This document shows, piece after piece, positions 1 to 11,400 of a DNA stretch of 64,000 nt (position 1 is its first letter; every line of letters begins with the position of its first letter). Source of the stretch: a virus; IMG/VR virus record IMGVR_UViG_3300035150_000015, positions 1 through 64,000 of that record; one strand, given 5' to 3'. Under the pieces are notes generated by a model. The model did not search any database and was not told the origin of the DNA. It saw only the letters and a list, made by a program, of their open reading frames with translations. A program made the position numbers and the translations under genes.

Positions 1-2845
1 CGGGGGCAGAGGCGGGGGCAGGACTGGCTACAGCGGCCGCCCCACCTCCGGGACTAGCTGTGGCCCCACTTTTGGCGGCTGCTTCTTGCTGTACTGACGG
101 CTTAGGTTCTATAGGAGAGGGGGCTCCAGTTGCTTCGCCGAAGTCCTTCAAAATTCCCGCAAATTGCTCGTTGCTCAGTTTGAAGTTGAAGGCCTTCTCG
201 AAAACTTTGGTTATTTCAGCCTCATTGAAACCAGCGCCTTCCAAAGCTGACTGCAGGTCTTGGCCCTGTCCCAAATTTGTGTGTAAAGACGCCCTCTGTG
301 CCTCTGTGCCGATCTTCTCCCCCTTGAGCAAGTCCGTGACATTCTTGTCTCCGCCCTTCGTCAAGTTCAGACCAATAGCGCCCCGGAGCTTCCTCTGGTT
401 GTCTTGCAAAGCCTCCTGTTCCATCTCTATGCTACGAACTCGCTTTACGGCAGCCTTCCTCTCCTCTTCCGTATTGGCCTCATAAGACAGCTTGGCTTGC
501 TTGGCCTTTTCCTGCTCGAGCTTCTGGAACTGCTCCCCAAAGTGAGTGATTTGCGCAGTGACTCCCTTAGCCGTCTTAGACCCTATGGCTTCTTTACGGA
601 AAGCCCCCAAGTTGTCCCCAGTCTTCCGAAGAATCTTGATCAACTCCATGTTGCCCTTGATTTGCCGGGTGACGTTCAGTTTCTCTCTAGCTTTCCCTCC
701 CCCAAAGAAGTCGAAGCTCTGAATCGTATCAAGGATGTCAGCCATGACATTGTAGAGCTCGTTCATGACGAACTGGACAAGCATTTCAAAACTCTTCATC
801 CAGCTTCGGGTCAGTCGGGTTTGTTCCTTAGCGTAGTTTCTCTCCTTGTTTGAGTTCTTGAGCTGTTCTTGCATGTCTTCTGACATAGTATCCATGATGT
901 CCGCCGCAGAGAGTTTCTCGGCCTGCTTACGGGTCATCTTGTTTTCGGCCACAAGAGCGTCCCTCTGGTCCTCTATCGCACCCTCGAGCAACATCATATT
1001 ACGAAGCTGTTCGGTACCGATCCCCAAGTTTTCGGCCATCTTAGTCATGCCAATGGTTCCAGCCCCCTCAGTGAGGCTCTTCCCACCTCCCCACTTCACT
1101 AGAGCCGCCGAGACGGCGTCTAGAGCGGCTCCTGGCGAGAGATTTTCCATAGCGAAAGCTTGCCCGTAGACTCCCCGCTTAGCCGCTGTACGGTCGATTC
1201 TGAGCTGCCCAGCGGCCTCTCTAAGAGCACCAGCTCTCTCCGGGGTAGCTGCCTGCAGACGCTTCCAGATATCCTTGGCTAGCTTGGGGTCAGACAGCTG
1301 CCTGGCCACCTGATCTCCCTGCATCCCCAGAGCCGCTCCAATCTCCCGATTGACGGTTGATTCCCGGCGTTTCAGGTCCTTCTCGAGAATCTTGGCACCC
1401 TTGGCCCCCGTCAGAAGGTTGAGCTTGAGGCGCTCGTCCTGACCCATGTTCTTGAGTCCCTGGACGGCCGTCTGAAAGAATTTCTGAGCATTCCTAGGAT
1501 TCATAACCCGGTTCATGAGCCCCAAGATTTTGACTGCATCCTCCATCCGAGTGTTGTAGAGGCTGAGATCCTGAGAAGCTCCCCGAATCATCGCGAAGAA
1601 CTTGTTGGCAGCTACCCCTGACTCAGAAGCTGTGCGACTGACCTGATGAAAAGCTAGTTGAGTGTCCTGCAGGCTCATCCCTAGGTCTCTCATCATCTCA
1701 GCCTGCATCTGGTTGATCTCACTCAAAGGGAGACCGAAAGATCTAGAAAAGGCCAGAGAAGTGGCTACTAGTTGGTGCTCGTAGTCCGCAACAGCCGCCT
1801 CGAACTCCTCCGCCGTGCGCACCCCTCTACCCATAGACTTCGCGGCTGCCTCAGCCTCTGTTTTGATACTATGCAGAGACACTCCCTCCTGGGTTAGGAC
1901 ATTGAGCATCTTGATATGATCTTCGGCCAGGACACCCCACTTGAAATTGAACCTGATGTCATGAGCTGCGTCACGAATCGCGTCTAGGGTATCACTCAAT
2001 TCCAATGCCGCCACATCGGCCTGTTGAAGATTGGCATAGAAGAACTCTGATGTGCTGGCCGAAGTCAGTACCTCCTGGTTAAACTCCTTTACCTTGGCAT
2101 CCAGATCAATGAACAGTTTTACGAGGCCCATGATAGCCCCGGTGGCCATTGAAAGCATTGGCCCAATTTTTGCGAAGGTTTGAGCCAGCTTTCCTACAGC
2201 CCCTGCCATGGCTCCAGCCCCCTTCAAAGCCAATCCCTGAGCCCCACCGGCTGCAGCCCCCCGGGCCCCCATACCAGCTCCTAGCATTCTGAGTTTACGG
2301 CCACCCCCCGTAAGAGCTGACTTCGTCGCCTTCCCGAACATCTCAGCCGACTCTTCCAAGGTACCCTTAAGATCTCGAGCGAAGAAACTTCGTAGAGGGG
2401 CCTTCAAAGCGGCTCCGATGCCAGCAGCAGCGGCCGCCGCCTTGCCTCCTTTGCCACCCCCGGTTTTTGCCACCGACTTAGCTACCTGACTCTGGACCTT
2501 CAGCTCCTTTTCTAGCAAAGAAATCTGAGCATTGATTCCAACCCGTTCATTTTTTCCGGCCTTAGCCGCCTTCTCCTTGAGCTTAGCAATGACGGCCCCA
2601 AGCTTGCTAACTTCCTGACTCTGCTCCTCGTAAGAATCTGTAACTTCTGAAACGGAGTCGCCCCACTCTCTCGTAGCCTTAGCACTCTCTCTGGCTACAC
2701 GAACTCCGGCCCCCGTAGACTGATCAATTGCAGAAGACAGCTTCTGCATCTGATCCATCATCTGGCGCTGGAATTTAGCAGACTCCTGAATAGCTTTCTT
2801 GGTATCAACATCGACTTCCAGAGTCAGGATATCGTCTTTGGCCAT
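1..2845 (-). CDS. tape measure protein (runs off the window, >940 aa)
   Basis: Absent from the ORF track because no stop falls in the window. ATG at 2845 (MAKDDILTLEVDVDTKKAIQESAKFQRQMM); frame checked at both ends. Ala/Gly/Lys/Glu-rich helical composition; follows tube and chaperone genes. Confidence 0.8.
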   Translation of the reverse strand, partial: MAKDDILTLEVDVDTKKAIQESAKFQRQMMDQMQKLSSAIDQSTGAGVRVARESAKATREWGDSVSEVTDSYEEQSQEVSKLGAVIAKLKEKAAKAGKNERVGINAQISLLEKELKVQSQVAKSVAKTGGGKGGKAAAAAAGIGAALKAPLRSFFARDLKGTLEESAEMFGKATKSALTGGGRKLRMLGAGMGARGAAAGGAQGLALKGAGAMAGAVGKLAQTFAKIGPMLSMATGAIMGLVKLFIDLDAKVKEFNQEVLTSASTSEFFYANLQQADVAALELSDTLDAIRDAAHDIRFNFKWGVLAEDHIKMLNVLTQEGVSLHSIKTEAEAAAKSMGRGVRTAEEFEAAVADYEHQLVATSLAFSRSFGLPLSEINQMQAEMMRDLGMSLQDTQLAFHQVSRTASESGVAANKFFAMIRGASQDLSLYNTRMEDAVKILGLMNRVMNPRNAQKFFQTAVQGLKNMGQDERLKLNLLTGAKGAKILEKDLKRRESTVNREIGAALGMQGDQVARQLSDPKLAKDIWKRLQAATPERAGALREAAGQLRIDRTAAKRGVYGQAFAMENLSPGAALDAVSAALVKWGGGKSLTEGAGTIGMTKMAENLGIGTEQLRNMMLLEGAIEDQRDALVAENKMTRKQAEKLSAADIMDTMSEDMQEQLKNSNKERNYAKEQTRLTRSWMKSFEMLVQFVMNELYNVMADILDTIQSFDFFGGGKAREKLNVTRQIKGNMELIKILRKTGDNLGAFRKEAIGSKTAKGVTAQITHFGEQFQKLEQEKAKQAKLSYEANTEEERKAAVKRVRSIEMEQEALQDNQRKLRGAIGLNLTKGGDKNVTDLLKGEKIGTEAQRASLHTNLGQGQDLQSALEGAGFNEAEITKVFEKAFNFKLSNEQFAGILKDFGEATGAPSPIEPKPSVQQEAAAKSGATASPGGGAAAVASPAPASAP

Positions 2846-2848
2846 TTC

Positions 2849-4084
2849 TTACCGGCCCTTTCCGAAGGGAGTGCCGCGAGGTCGATCTGAAACTACTACA
2901 GGAGAAGACTGTGTGCGGTCAGGACGCACATACTTGTCAACGAACGAGGACATCCTCGGGTCATGTAGTTCTGGGTAGGTCTGTTGAGAGGCCAAACGTT
3001 GAGCGGCCAACTGCCGTCTACGGGTAAGACGGAACTTGACTTCCTCGGGGGTAAGTCCCTTTGCATCGGTCTCAGACACCAAAGCACGATCCCCGTACTT
3101 GTCCTCGAAATCTTTCTGCAGCTCCAGGAGGTGTTCCTGACGAGCCTGGAACTGTGCCCTGACTCTATTTTCATGAGCCTCCACAACCTCATCGTGCCAG
3201 TCTTTCTCTCCACGGAGGTCTCGTTCTAGCTGGTCTTGGAGTTCTTCCACCGTTCTAGCCACTTTGATTGGGGTTGATCCTTTGGATTTGTCTAAGGGTT
3301 CACCCAAGACGGCGAAACGAAGGATTTTGTCCTTCCGCTCCAAACGCTCTTCAGTCTCCTTTTTCCGACGCTGTTTGTCTTGGGTATGAACTTTGGACAT
3401 CCCTTTTCCAGCCATAGCGGAAGCAATGAACTTTGCGTTCTCCCACTCACGTTCTGCCTGGTCTTTGATGTCCTCGTAGTGATTCAGAGCTCTCCAGGTA
3501 AGCTGTCCCCAATTCATCCCAATGGCCGAAGAGCCTTCGATTCCAGTGACAGAAGTACTAGTCAGGTCGGACCCCTTCAACTGAGCCCATCGCAATCTGC
3601 TGGTACCCTCCATAGAGTAGGCTTCTGAGAGGATAACGGCTCGATTGGCCCTCCGGTTGACTTCACTCATGTGACGAACAATTTTGGCTCTGATTCCTTC
3701 CTCGAATTTATCAAAGGTCTCAACCAAGGCAGGCAAGTACTGATTCCGGTCGGCCAGTACATTAACCCCGTCGAGCATGAAAACCCCGTAAGCCAGGAAC
3801 AAACTGTAGTATCTTCGCAACCCTTTCTTGGTGTCAGTAGTTGTATACAGATTCAAGAGCTCAAACTCATGATGATTCAAGCTCTTGAACACAAATGGGA
3901 CCCCGTTGATTTCAGCTCCCACGTGAAGGAACCCACGAAAAAGAATGGGTTCCACGTCCCGGTAGACCTCAGGATTTACCTCTGGGGCACGAGGGATCTC
4001 AATATGCAAGTCATCCTCAGCCTCTCCGTCATACTGCTGTTGAAGCTTGCGTTGCTCGACCTCATAGTTTGCCTCAGAGGGCAT
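2849..4084 (-). CDS. putative tail assembly chaperone / pre-tape-measure protein
   Basis: Directly upstream of tape measure. N-domain (EINGVPFVFKSLNHHEFE...LAYGVFMLDGVNV) resembles the neighbouring paralogue. Confidence 0.5.
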   Translation of the reverse strand: MPSEANYEVEQRKLQQQYDGEAEDDLHIEIPRAPEVNPEVYRDVEPILFRGFLHVGAEINGVPFVFKSLNHHEFELLNLYTTTDTKKGLRRYYSLFLAYGVFMLDGVNVLADRNQYLPALVETFDKFEEGIRAKIVRHMSEVNRRANRAVILSEAYSMEGTSRLRWAQLKGSDLTSTSVTGIEGSSAIGMNWGQLTWRALNHYEDIKDQAEREWENAKFIASAMAGKGMSKVHTQDKQRRKKETEERLERKDKILRFAVLGEPLDKSKGSTPIKVARTVEELQDQLERDLRGEKDWHDEVVEAHENRVRAQFQARQEHLLELQKDFEDKYGDRALVSETDAKGLTPEEVKFRLTRRRQLAAQRLASQQTYPELHDPRMSSFVDKYVRPDRTQSSPVVVSDRPRGTPFGKGR

Positions 4085-4089
4085 CAAAT

Positions 4090-5277
4090 TTACCTATTGT
4101 GGGGACGATATCTGGGGTTTATCCCTGCCTTTGGAGGAGCGTCTACCAGTTTAGTGATAGCCTTGGGGTCGATTTTCTCCAATGGCCGGATCTCAGCGAC
4201 TTCTTCAGGTGCCACGGGTGCCACAGGCAAGTCTTCTGAATTCACTTCAGTAGGGACGAGGCCTAACTGACCCTCCAACTGAGCAATCTGTTCCGACCTA
4301 GAAGACCGCATGTTTATCGCGGTCCTCTTTATCTCAGGGTCTACGGGCTGCCTGGCCATCCGGGGCACTGATTCCTGAGGGACTTTGGGGGCCACCGCCA
4401 CCCGATTCAGAGGCTGACGCTTTTGCATCCTTTGAGCCGGTAGAGACGGGTCTGAAGCTGGTTTCTCTTCAGAGGCACTCTGCTCCACCGAGGGGAGAGA
4501 AACCTCCTCCTGAGGCTCCTCAGGGACGGCAGCCGCTTGGTTATGCGATTGCTCCTCAGCAAACTTTCTAGCCCGTTCCTTGATGGCTTCCTTCTCTTGG
4601 GCCGAAGTTCCTTTTAGGTACCCCTGAGACTCCAGAACGCTGGCTACGAGCTCATCTGGCATCTCATCCTCGATCTCCTGCAACTCTCCCAAAAGCCTAC
4701 GATACTTGTCTTCTGGAGACTCATCTGGAATCCTAAACTGAACGCCCTCCTTGGCCTTCTGCTCAGATTCAACCATTAGCTCGGCTAACTTCCTCCAGGC
4801 TACGTTCAGAGCCTCTCTTCCCCAATTCTTCAGGACATACTCTTTGAGCCAGACGTGCCTCTCGAGACGTACAGTTTGGGGCTCCTCATTCTCGACAGAA
4901 GACACCAAGGGCTGCAAGCCAGACTCCTCTAGAGCTTTCACAACCTGTTGGGCCATATCAGCAGAAACTACCACTGAAACTACCCGATGGTCTTCAGGAA
5001 CCTCGGCTTCGATGAAGTCCGTGTCCCGTAGGTCGACACCATTGATCTCAATTATGGAGCGACTGATACCCCCCAGCTGGTAGGCATTGTAGTACTCTAC
5101 GTCATCCAGGCCCTTCGTGTCCTCAAATACCCCTTCATGGTCTTCTGGGTTCAGGGTCTGAATCACCAGGTCACACCCAAGGATCGAAAAAGAGTCCGTT
5201 AGGCGACCTACCTGCCTAGCTTTGGCCAGGGCTTCTTGAATTCGTGCTAGTTGTAATACTGCCATCCTCATCCTCAT
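4090..5277 (-). CDS. putative tail assembly chaperone
   Basis: Between tube and tape measure; FSILGCDLVIQTLNPEDHE...ISRSIIEINGVDL pattern shared with 2849..4084. Confidence 0.5.
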   Translation of the reverse strand: MRMRMAVLQLARIQEALAKARQVGRLTDSFSILGCDLVIQTLNPEDHEGVFEDTKGLDDVEYYNAYQLGGISRSIIEINGVDLRDTDFIEAEVPEDHRVVSVVVSADMAQQVVKALEESGLQPLVSSVENEEPQTVRLERHVWLKEYVLKNWGREALNVAWRKLAELMVESEQKAKEGVQFRIPDESPEDKYRRLLGELQEIEDEMPDELVASVLESQGYLKGTSAQEKEAIKERARKFAEEQSHNQAAAVPEEPQEEVSLPSVEQSASEEKPASDPSLPAQRMQKRQPLNRVAVAPKVPQESVPRMARQPVDPEIKRTAINMRSSRSEQIAQLEGQLGLVPTEVNSEDLPVAPVAPEEVAEIRPLEKIDPKAITKLVDAPPKAGINPRYRPHNR

Positions 5278-5412
5278 CTAGTTGAGCCCGAGGACAGCGA
5301 TGTCCCACCCCAGACGATGGGCCGTCTGACTTGGTTATACGATTTCTGTTGACACAAAAGTCCCCAAGTCCAAAATTCTATATCTCAATCTACATCACTG
5401 TCAGCGGGAATT

Positions 5413-5430
5413 GGAGCCCCAAAGGGCCCC
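5413..5430 (-). terminator. GC-rich hairpin after tail tube gene
   Basis: Minus strand GGGGCCC-TTTG-GGGCTCC just after the stop; weak U-tract. Confidence 0.4.
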
Positions 5431-5438
5431 TCATTTCA

Positions 5439-6164
5439 TCACGGGATAAGACCCGTAGCTACTCCGGCTCCTCCAGAGAACCTCAAGGAGTACCCGGTTC
5501 CAGCAGCACCGTTCGTCGTAATCGGAGCAAGACCAGAATCAATGTACTCGCCATACTGGCTCGTGCCATCGATAATATCAGTTACCGTGACACTGGAGTT
5601 TTCTGCTACAATTGCTGCATCCGATGTGTAGCTGGCCGAGTAGCTGTTCAGCCAGCATCCCTCGAAGAAGGTGAAGAGTGCCTTGACAGCAGTCGTCACA
5701 TAACCTTCTCCGGTCGGCCGGGTGCCAGCATCCTTGGTGGGGGCATTAGCAACATCATACTGAGAAGCGATTTCAGAGAAAACCAGCTCCTGCTTGATGT
5801 CAAAAGGCCACCTGTGATGCTTCAGGCTCCGAACTAACCCTTCCACTCCGCCCTTGTACCCCAAGGTCTGGAACAGATTGACAGCATACAGAAGAGTCTT
5901 GTTGATCGTCAAGGTCATCGGCTCAGTGACACCCGGAACCAGCTCAGCAACCTGATCACCGTAGCCAACGCCACGAATCGGCTCGATGGTCCGAGACTCA
6001 TCATGTCCGAACTCGCTCACGACCCCGATCTGCCGGAACCCCTGAGCGCCGTACATGTACCCGTAAACTTTATTCTTTTGTGAGATCGCCGCACGAGTAT
6101 TGGGGGCTGTTCCCATGCGGTAGATGTAGTTAGTGGCTTCAGACGGCCTGGATGTTTGCGGCAT
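5439..6164 (-). CDS. tail tube protein
   Basis: 241 aa; IGVVSEFGHDESRTIEPIRGVG...ELVPG, WPFDIKQE, FEGCWLNSYSASY...IVAENSSVTVTDI fit contractile-tail tube proteins; position. Confidence 0.8.
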   Translation of the reverse strand: MPQTSRPSEATNYIYRMGTAPNTRAAISQKNKVYGYMYGAQGFRQIGVVSEFGHDESRTIEPIRGVGYGDQVAELVPGVTEPMTLTINKTLLYAVNLFQTLGYKGGVEGLVRSLKHHRWPFDIKQELVFSEIASQYDVANAPTKDAGTRPTGEGYVTTAVKALFTFFEGCWLNSYSASYTSDAAIVAENSSVTVTDIIDGTSQYGEYIDSGLAPITTNGAAGTGYSLRFSGGAGVATGLIP

Positions 6165-6207
6165 GGTGATTTTCTCCTACGATCTGGGTCTCTTTCTGAT
6201 TGGGGGT

Positions 6208-6933
6208 TCAGTCCTTGGGGGTGAACAATTGATGGATCTTAAGAGCTCTCTTCTCTAGAACTCTCAAATCCTCCTGGACCCAAGAAGCGATCACTTCCGA
6301 GCCCACAATACTAGCTACCTTAGTGCTTACTTCGTAGAGGTCCTGCCTCGCACGAGCAGCATTGAACTTCTTCCCCTCTTCAACCAACTGGTCAATTCTA
6401 TCGGCTGTGGAAGCCACCAGATCCAGGACCTTCTCAGCCAATTCGGAATTGTCTCGGTAAGTCTCCGCCAAGTCCAGATTCTCAGAAGCTGTCCTGCCAG
6501 AGGAAAGGCCATAGAACTCCGGATACTTTGCAGGGGAGGGCAAAGTAGCCAACCGTTTGAGCATAGCAATGTCTTGGGGTTCGGGACTACCGTCTTTTTG
6601 CCCCAAAGAATGCAAATGGCCCTTCAGTGCGTCCAATTGCTGATGGATACCACTCATTGTGTCTCTGCGATCATGGTATATAAAAGGACCCTCAGTGGCT
6701 AATCTGGGCGGCCGGGGGGCCAACATATCCCACATCTTCTCCTCGTCCACTGAAATGAGGGCTTCTCCAGAAGAAGTGAACTGTTGGAGGGCCTTCTTGG
6801 CCGTCGAGCCTGAAGATAGTTGGGTAGCAAAGCTCAAAATAGAAATGGGGCCCAGGTTAAACCTTTGGCCATCCGGCAGCTTCACCCAGTTTGTAGCCCC
6901 GTCAGATCCGATAGTAACAAGGAGGCGTCTCAC
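6208..6933 (-). CDS. hypothetical protein
   Basis: 241-aa ORF; possible internal start at 6657. Confidence 0.6.
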   Translation of the reverse strand: MRRLLVTIGSDGATNWVKLPDGQRFNLGPISILSFATQLSSGSTAKKALQQFTSSGEALISVDEEKMWDMLAPRPPRLATEGPFIYHDRRDTMSGIHQQLDALKGHLHSLGQKDGSPEPQDIAMLKRLATLPSPAKYPEFYGLSSGRTASENLDLAETYRDNSELAEKVLDLVASTADRIDQLVEEGKKFNAARARQDLYEVSTKVASIVGSEVIASWVQEDLRVLEKRALKIHQLFTPKD

Positions 6934-6964
6934 GCCTTAGATAAGTCACGAATACTCTATTGAC

Positions 6965-7774
6965 CTACACCCGCAACAAAAGTTCCACAAGGTGAGACAC
7001 CAAGATCAGGGTCCCTTTTTCTGGACTCTCCACCCAATTAGTCCCCACTCTCCATCCAGGGGGCTCCCCCATTGCCCTCTCAGCTTCGTTCAAAGCTGCA
7101 CCGGCCTTGGGTAGGTCCATCTGGAGAAATGCGCTCTTTCGGCCGATCAGAACCCTTCTGCGGTCATCTTTAGGCGGTCCGAAAACCATCCCTCGTAGGA
7201 ACCCTTGACGGAAAAGCTCAACCCAAGCTGTCTCCAGCAGCCCTATAGCGGAAGCTACCACAAAACCATTGGTCCCAGTGTTCAGGATTCTAGGGGGGTC
7301 CTCCTCAGGAGGGAGAGACGGAAATCCCCCTTCCAAAGCATACTCCCTGATCCACCGTATTGCCACAGGAAGTCTCTCTTGGAGGATAGCCTTCTTCAAC
7401 CCCGAAGGCAGAAAACTGCTCAACAACATCAGAAACCGTGCTAAGTCCCTATCTACATGAGCTAGACCAGCAATCCCCCACCTATCGGCCAGGTCTACAG
7501 CAGAAATCAAACCCACCATAGCTGGCTGGATCACCAGGTCTCTATGCAAAAATAGGGCCACCGTCAAAAGATGACTCACACTCTCCAAGTCTCTCAGAAC
7601 CAGGACGAGAGGAAGCGGCCTCCCTAACGCCAACTCAGAGAAAAAGACGGGTAGTGAAGTGTAGACAGGAAACTCCTCCTCGGCATCGAAGTCGCCAAAA
7701 CCCATTGCTCCGGGAAGACTGCGAGGAAGGTCCTTGTCAATGAGCAACCGAAATTGGAGCTCCTCAGAATCCAT
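6965..7774 (-). CDS. hypothetical protein (possibly degenerate DHH-like fold)
   Basis: 269-aa ORF; C-terminus loosely resembles DHH-associated domains, no DHH motif. Confidence 0.5.
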   Translation of the reverse strand: MDSEELQFRLLIDKDLPRSLPGAMGFGDFDAEEEFPVYTSLPVFFSELALGRPLPLVLVLRDLESVSHLLTVALFLHRDLVIQPAMVGLISAVDLADRWGIAGLAHVDRDLARFLMLLSSFLPSGLKKAILQERLPVAIRWIREYALEGGFPSLPPEEDPPRILNTGTNGFVVASAIGLLETAWVELFRQGFLRGMVFGPPKDDRRRVLIGRKSAFLQMDLPKAGAALNEAERAMGEPPGWRVGTNWVESPEKGTLILVSHLVELLLRV

Positions 7775-7796
7775 AAGGAGCTATTACACCGTTCCG

Positions 7797-8465
7797 TTAC
7801 TGAGTGTAATCATAGTCGGGTACTTCGAGACCTTCTTCGGTGGCCCACCGACGGTACCCACTAGACCTGCCGTACCCAGCTCCCTTCAGAGCATCAATGA
7901 GCCTACTGACCATCCAGGCGGGCATATTCCGGATCTCTTCCTGGCTGGGTACATGATTTATCTTGAACCGCCGATCCCAACCATTACCTTCCCAAGCCAT
8001 ATCATCGACCCCGCTTAGGAGGAACATAACATAACGAACTTGCTTTTCCGTGGGTCCGGGGGCAGCAGATCCCGGGGACTTCCTCTCTTCAGGCTCTCGA
8101 CCACCTGCCCCCTCCCAATACTCGTCCTTGTCTTCGTACTCCTCGATGAGGTCCTCAATCCGACCCTGGAGAGAGTTCCTCCAATTTTGGGTCCTCTTGA
8201 CGATAGGAGACTTCCCCTTCTTCAGAGGTCGACGGCTCTTGACCCCCCAAAGTTGGACACGAATGGCATCCTGGCCCACATCTGCTCCCATTCCGGAATG
8301 AGGCTTCACCGAAGTCCAAATTCTAACGGCCACATTGGGACTCAAGGACAGATCGTAGTAGATCTCCCCCCGGACCTCACCCTTCTTTGGTCTCATAGAC
8401 CTAAAGCCACGCTTCAAGAAGCGTTCCATGTCCTCGAGAGAAATTTCCGTGAACTGTGCAGCCAT
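7797..8465 (-). CDS. hypothetical protein
   Basis: Likely ATG at 8465 (MAAQFTE) with GAGGG RBS, just after the helicase stop. Confidence 0.65.
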   Translation of the reverse strand: MAAQFTEISLEDMERFLKRGFRSMRPKKGEVRGEIYYDLSLSPNVAVRIWTSVKPHSGMGADVGQDAIRVQLWGVKSRRPLKKGKSPIVKRTQNWRNSLQGRIEDLIEEYEDKDEYWEGAGGREPEERKSPGSAAPGPTEKQVRYVMFLLSGVDDMAWEGNGWDRRFKINHVPSQEEIRNMPAWMVSRLIDALKGAGYGRSSGYRRWATEEGLEVPDYDYTQ

Positions 8466-8472
8466 AATACCC

Positions 8473-11400
8473 TCAAAAATCCTCGGCCCATCTTGCCGTC
8501 TTCTCAATGGGTTCAGGGGCTTCAGGGGCTTTAGTTACATTCTGACCAGTCACTAGCCCGGCCTCATCGACGAACGGGCTTACCCCTGCAGCCCTACCTC
8601 CAACTACCTTGGGGCACAGAATAGTCAAATTCTGAACAGCTCTAGTGAGAGCAACGTATGCCAGTCTTCGCTCAATCTGCAAATCCTTCTCCAATTTGTC
8701 AGGATCAGGAGGAGGTTCCCCAGGCTTCGGAGGGGGAATCAGTGGAAACTTCCCGTTTGGCATTTGAACGAAGCAATTCTTCCACTGTGCCCCTTTGGTC
8801 GAGTGACAAGTTCCTAGATAGACCCCAGGAGGTGGCTGCCGCTGATCTGGAGGCAGGTCAGCTTGCGCTCTCTCCCACTTATCAGTATCCGTACGAAGAT
8901 CTCGTACTCTAGAGGCATACCTCTCCATTTTAGCTTTAAAGCCAAAAGGAGTACTCGGAGGATTCTCGAGGTCCCCAGAATCCGTGGGGTCAGTTTCAGC
9001 CAACTTGAACAAAAATGAGACATTCCCCAACCCCTCATCGTCATCCCCCTCATCTTCGTCTTTGGTGTCATCATCATCAGAAGAGAAGTCCCGGACACCC
9101 ACCTGAAGAGATTCCCGAAAACTCTGCTCAATCCTAACTAGCTTCCCATTAGGACCGGTGCTTAGCTTGATCCCTTTCACGTTGAGAATGGAATCGAAGA
9201 GGTCTTGAGTTGTGTAGCCTGGATCAGAAGCACTGGCTTGCATGTCGGCCAGAGAGTCGGCCAGATCTTGCACCAATTCAACAGCCTTATTGAATTTAAA
9301 GGCTGCTTTATTGTCTAGAGACTGTCCCCTACTGTACCCCAAGATCTTAGAGACTAAAAGCTCGGCGAAATCCTCATCCTGCAAGGCTACAACTGGATTG
9401 ATACTCTTGATATCTTGACGAGTGAACCTAGCATACGACTCGAAAGCCATTTGCACTGCCACTGGACCTTTCTTCGGATCAATGAAAAACCGATTGGGGT
9501 TGTTTAATACCATCCCCAAGGATTTCTGCATCTTGGAAAAATCCGTGCCAGTAGCCAACTGAACGTAACTCAAAAAAGCGGTGGTCTCCGGAGACCCCAA
9601 GAAGCTCGAAGCCCCTTTTCGGGCATAGGGAACCCCTCGAATGATACAGGCCGTCTCGTAGGCGTGCATCTCCTTGTTCGTCCGGAACAGAATGGCGTGG
9701 TCAGTAACAGCTTCTCCTGCCTCTATATCCGATTTGATGCCCTCCACTACAGTCAGAGCGGAAGTCACCTCGTCCTCTGGGGAGAAAACTTCAATACTGG
9801 CTGTACCACGTGCCTTAGTGGGACTCGGGAGAGACAACTGAGACTGCCCAGGATTGTGACCAATCAATCGATTGGCTGCCTCCACAATCTCCGGCTGACA
9901 ACGATAGTTGGTACGAATTGTGCGTGTAGTCCAACCTTCCTCATCATAAAGATCTGTGAACAGATCCGGCCGGGCTCCGCGAAACGAATAAATCGATTGT
10001 TTCTCGTCCCCAACCATCCACAAGGACTTACCATCCGAGCCATCCGTGATATGCTCGGTCATCATCTCAAAGACACCATGCTGAACCTGATTCAAGTCCT
10101 GGCACTCATCAATCAAAATGTGGTCAAAAGCCTTGTGAAACTGAGCTTTTACAGCAGGGTTGTTAGCCATCAGGTCGTGGAAGATTTTTAGCATATCGTC
10201 AAAGTCACCCAGACGCCGAATTCCTTTCCTGACCTTACCCATGAAGGAATTGTAGGCAAAAGTCTCACCACACGGAGGCTTCCATCCAGGGATAGACCCC
10301 TTAAGGCCCTCGTATATCTCGTACCATTGAGCAGCATCCAGGTCTTCTGGAGTAGCTTGAGCTCGAGCCATCGCCGGGGTCACATTATTTCCAGCCCACT
10401 GAGTCTTTTGGAGCATCATATTCTTCAGCTTGGGCACTGGCCGGTCTGTCTTACTAAAGCATTCCTCCCAAATTCTCTGGACTGCAGAAGCTACGATGTT
10501 GCCTTTGTTAACTAGACCGTTGGGAGCTCCTTTTCCAGCTGCCCCTACTGCAACCTTCTCCTCGGTTGTACCATAGTCCTTGATGAATCTCTTGAACAAT
10601 GAGTGCATGGTACCCACACTCATCTGTTGCAGAGCCTCCGCACCGGCAGACTTACCAATCTTTTCCTTGAGCTCACTAGCCGCTTTCTTGTTGAAAGATG
10701 TGACCAGAATTCGACTCGGATCTACCCGGCGGTCTCTGATCAAGTAATTTACCCGAGCAATCAAGGTTGTTGACTTCCCCGATCCGGCACCCGCTGATAC
10801 AAGAACCTTACCATCGGTCAAAGCAGCGGATCGCTGCTCGTCATCCAGTCGACGGAGAGGTTCCGGAATGTTCTGAGGGCGAGAAGGGTCACTCAGAGCC
10901 TTTTCCACTGCCGCCGCAACTGTCCCGATTACCTCAGACTTCTTGGGGGGAGCATCCTCCTCACCCTTGGCCTTGATGGCCTCCTTAGCCGCCTCAGAGG
11001 CCCCCTCTTCAACTTTCTGGAGTTGCTCCTTACGTACTGCCTGGGCTTGCTGAAAGCCCTCTGCGCCTGGAGCAGCAAGCTCCTCGACCTGAGCCTTGAG
11101 CAGAGTCTGAGAAGTCTCCTCTTCAACTGCATCGGAAGCCGACTCTGTTATCGTCTTGGGGGGTTCACCCGAACCAGCCGTATCGGCAGCCTTCTTGATC
11201 CAAGACCGGAACCTCATGTTCTTCATGGGGATAGCCACGAATCGGTCGAGAGCAGCATCCGCGTCATCCAGCATCGAAGAAGATACAGCTTCCCGCACCA
11301 TCTTGATAGTCTTGTTTTTCTCGAACACCGCTCTCATAGTGGCCGTGTTCCGAAGCAAGGTCCGGAGCTTTAGAGACCTATCCCCAATCCCACTGACCTG

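Noticed and set aside
2849-5277. Programmed G/GT-type frameshift between the chaperone-like genes
   Set aside because: No convincing slippery site near the first stop; the second gene has its own ATG and a paralogous N-domain.
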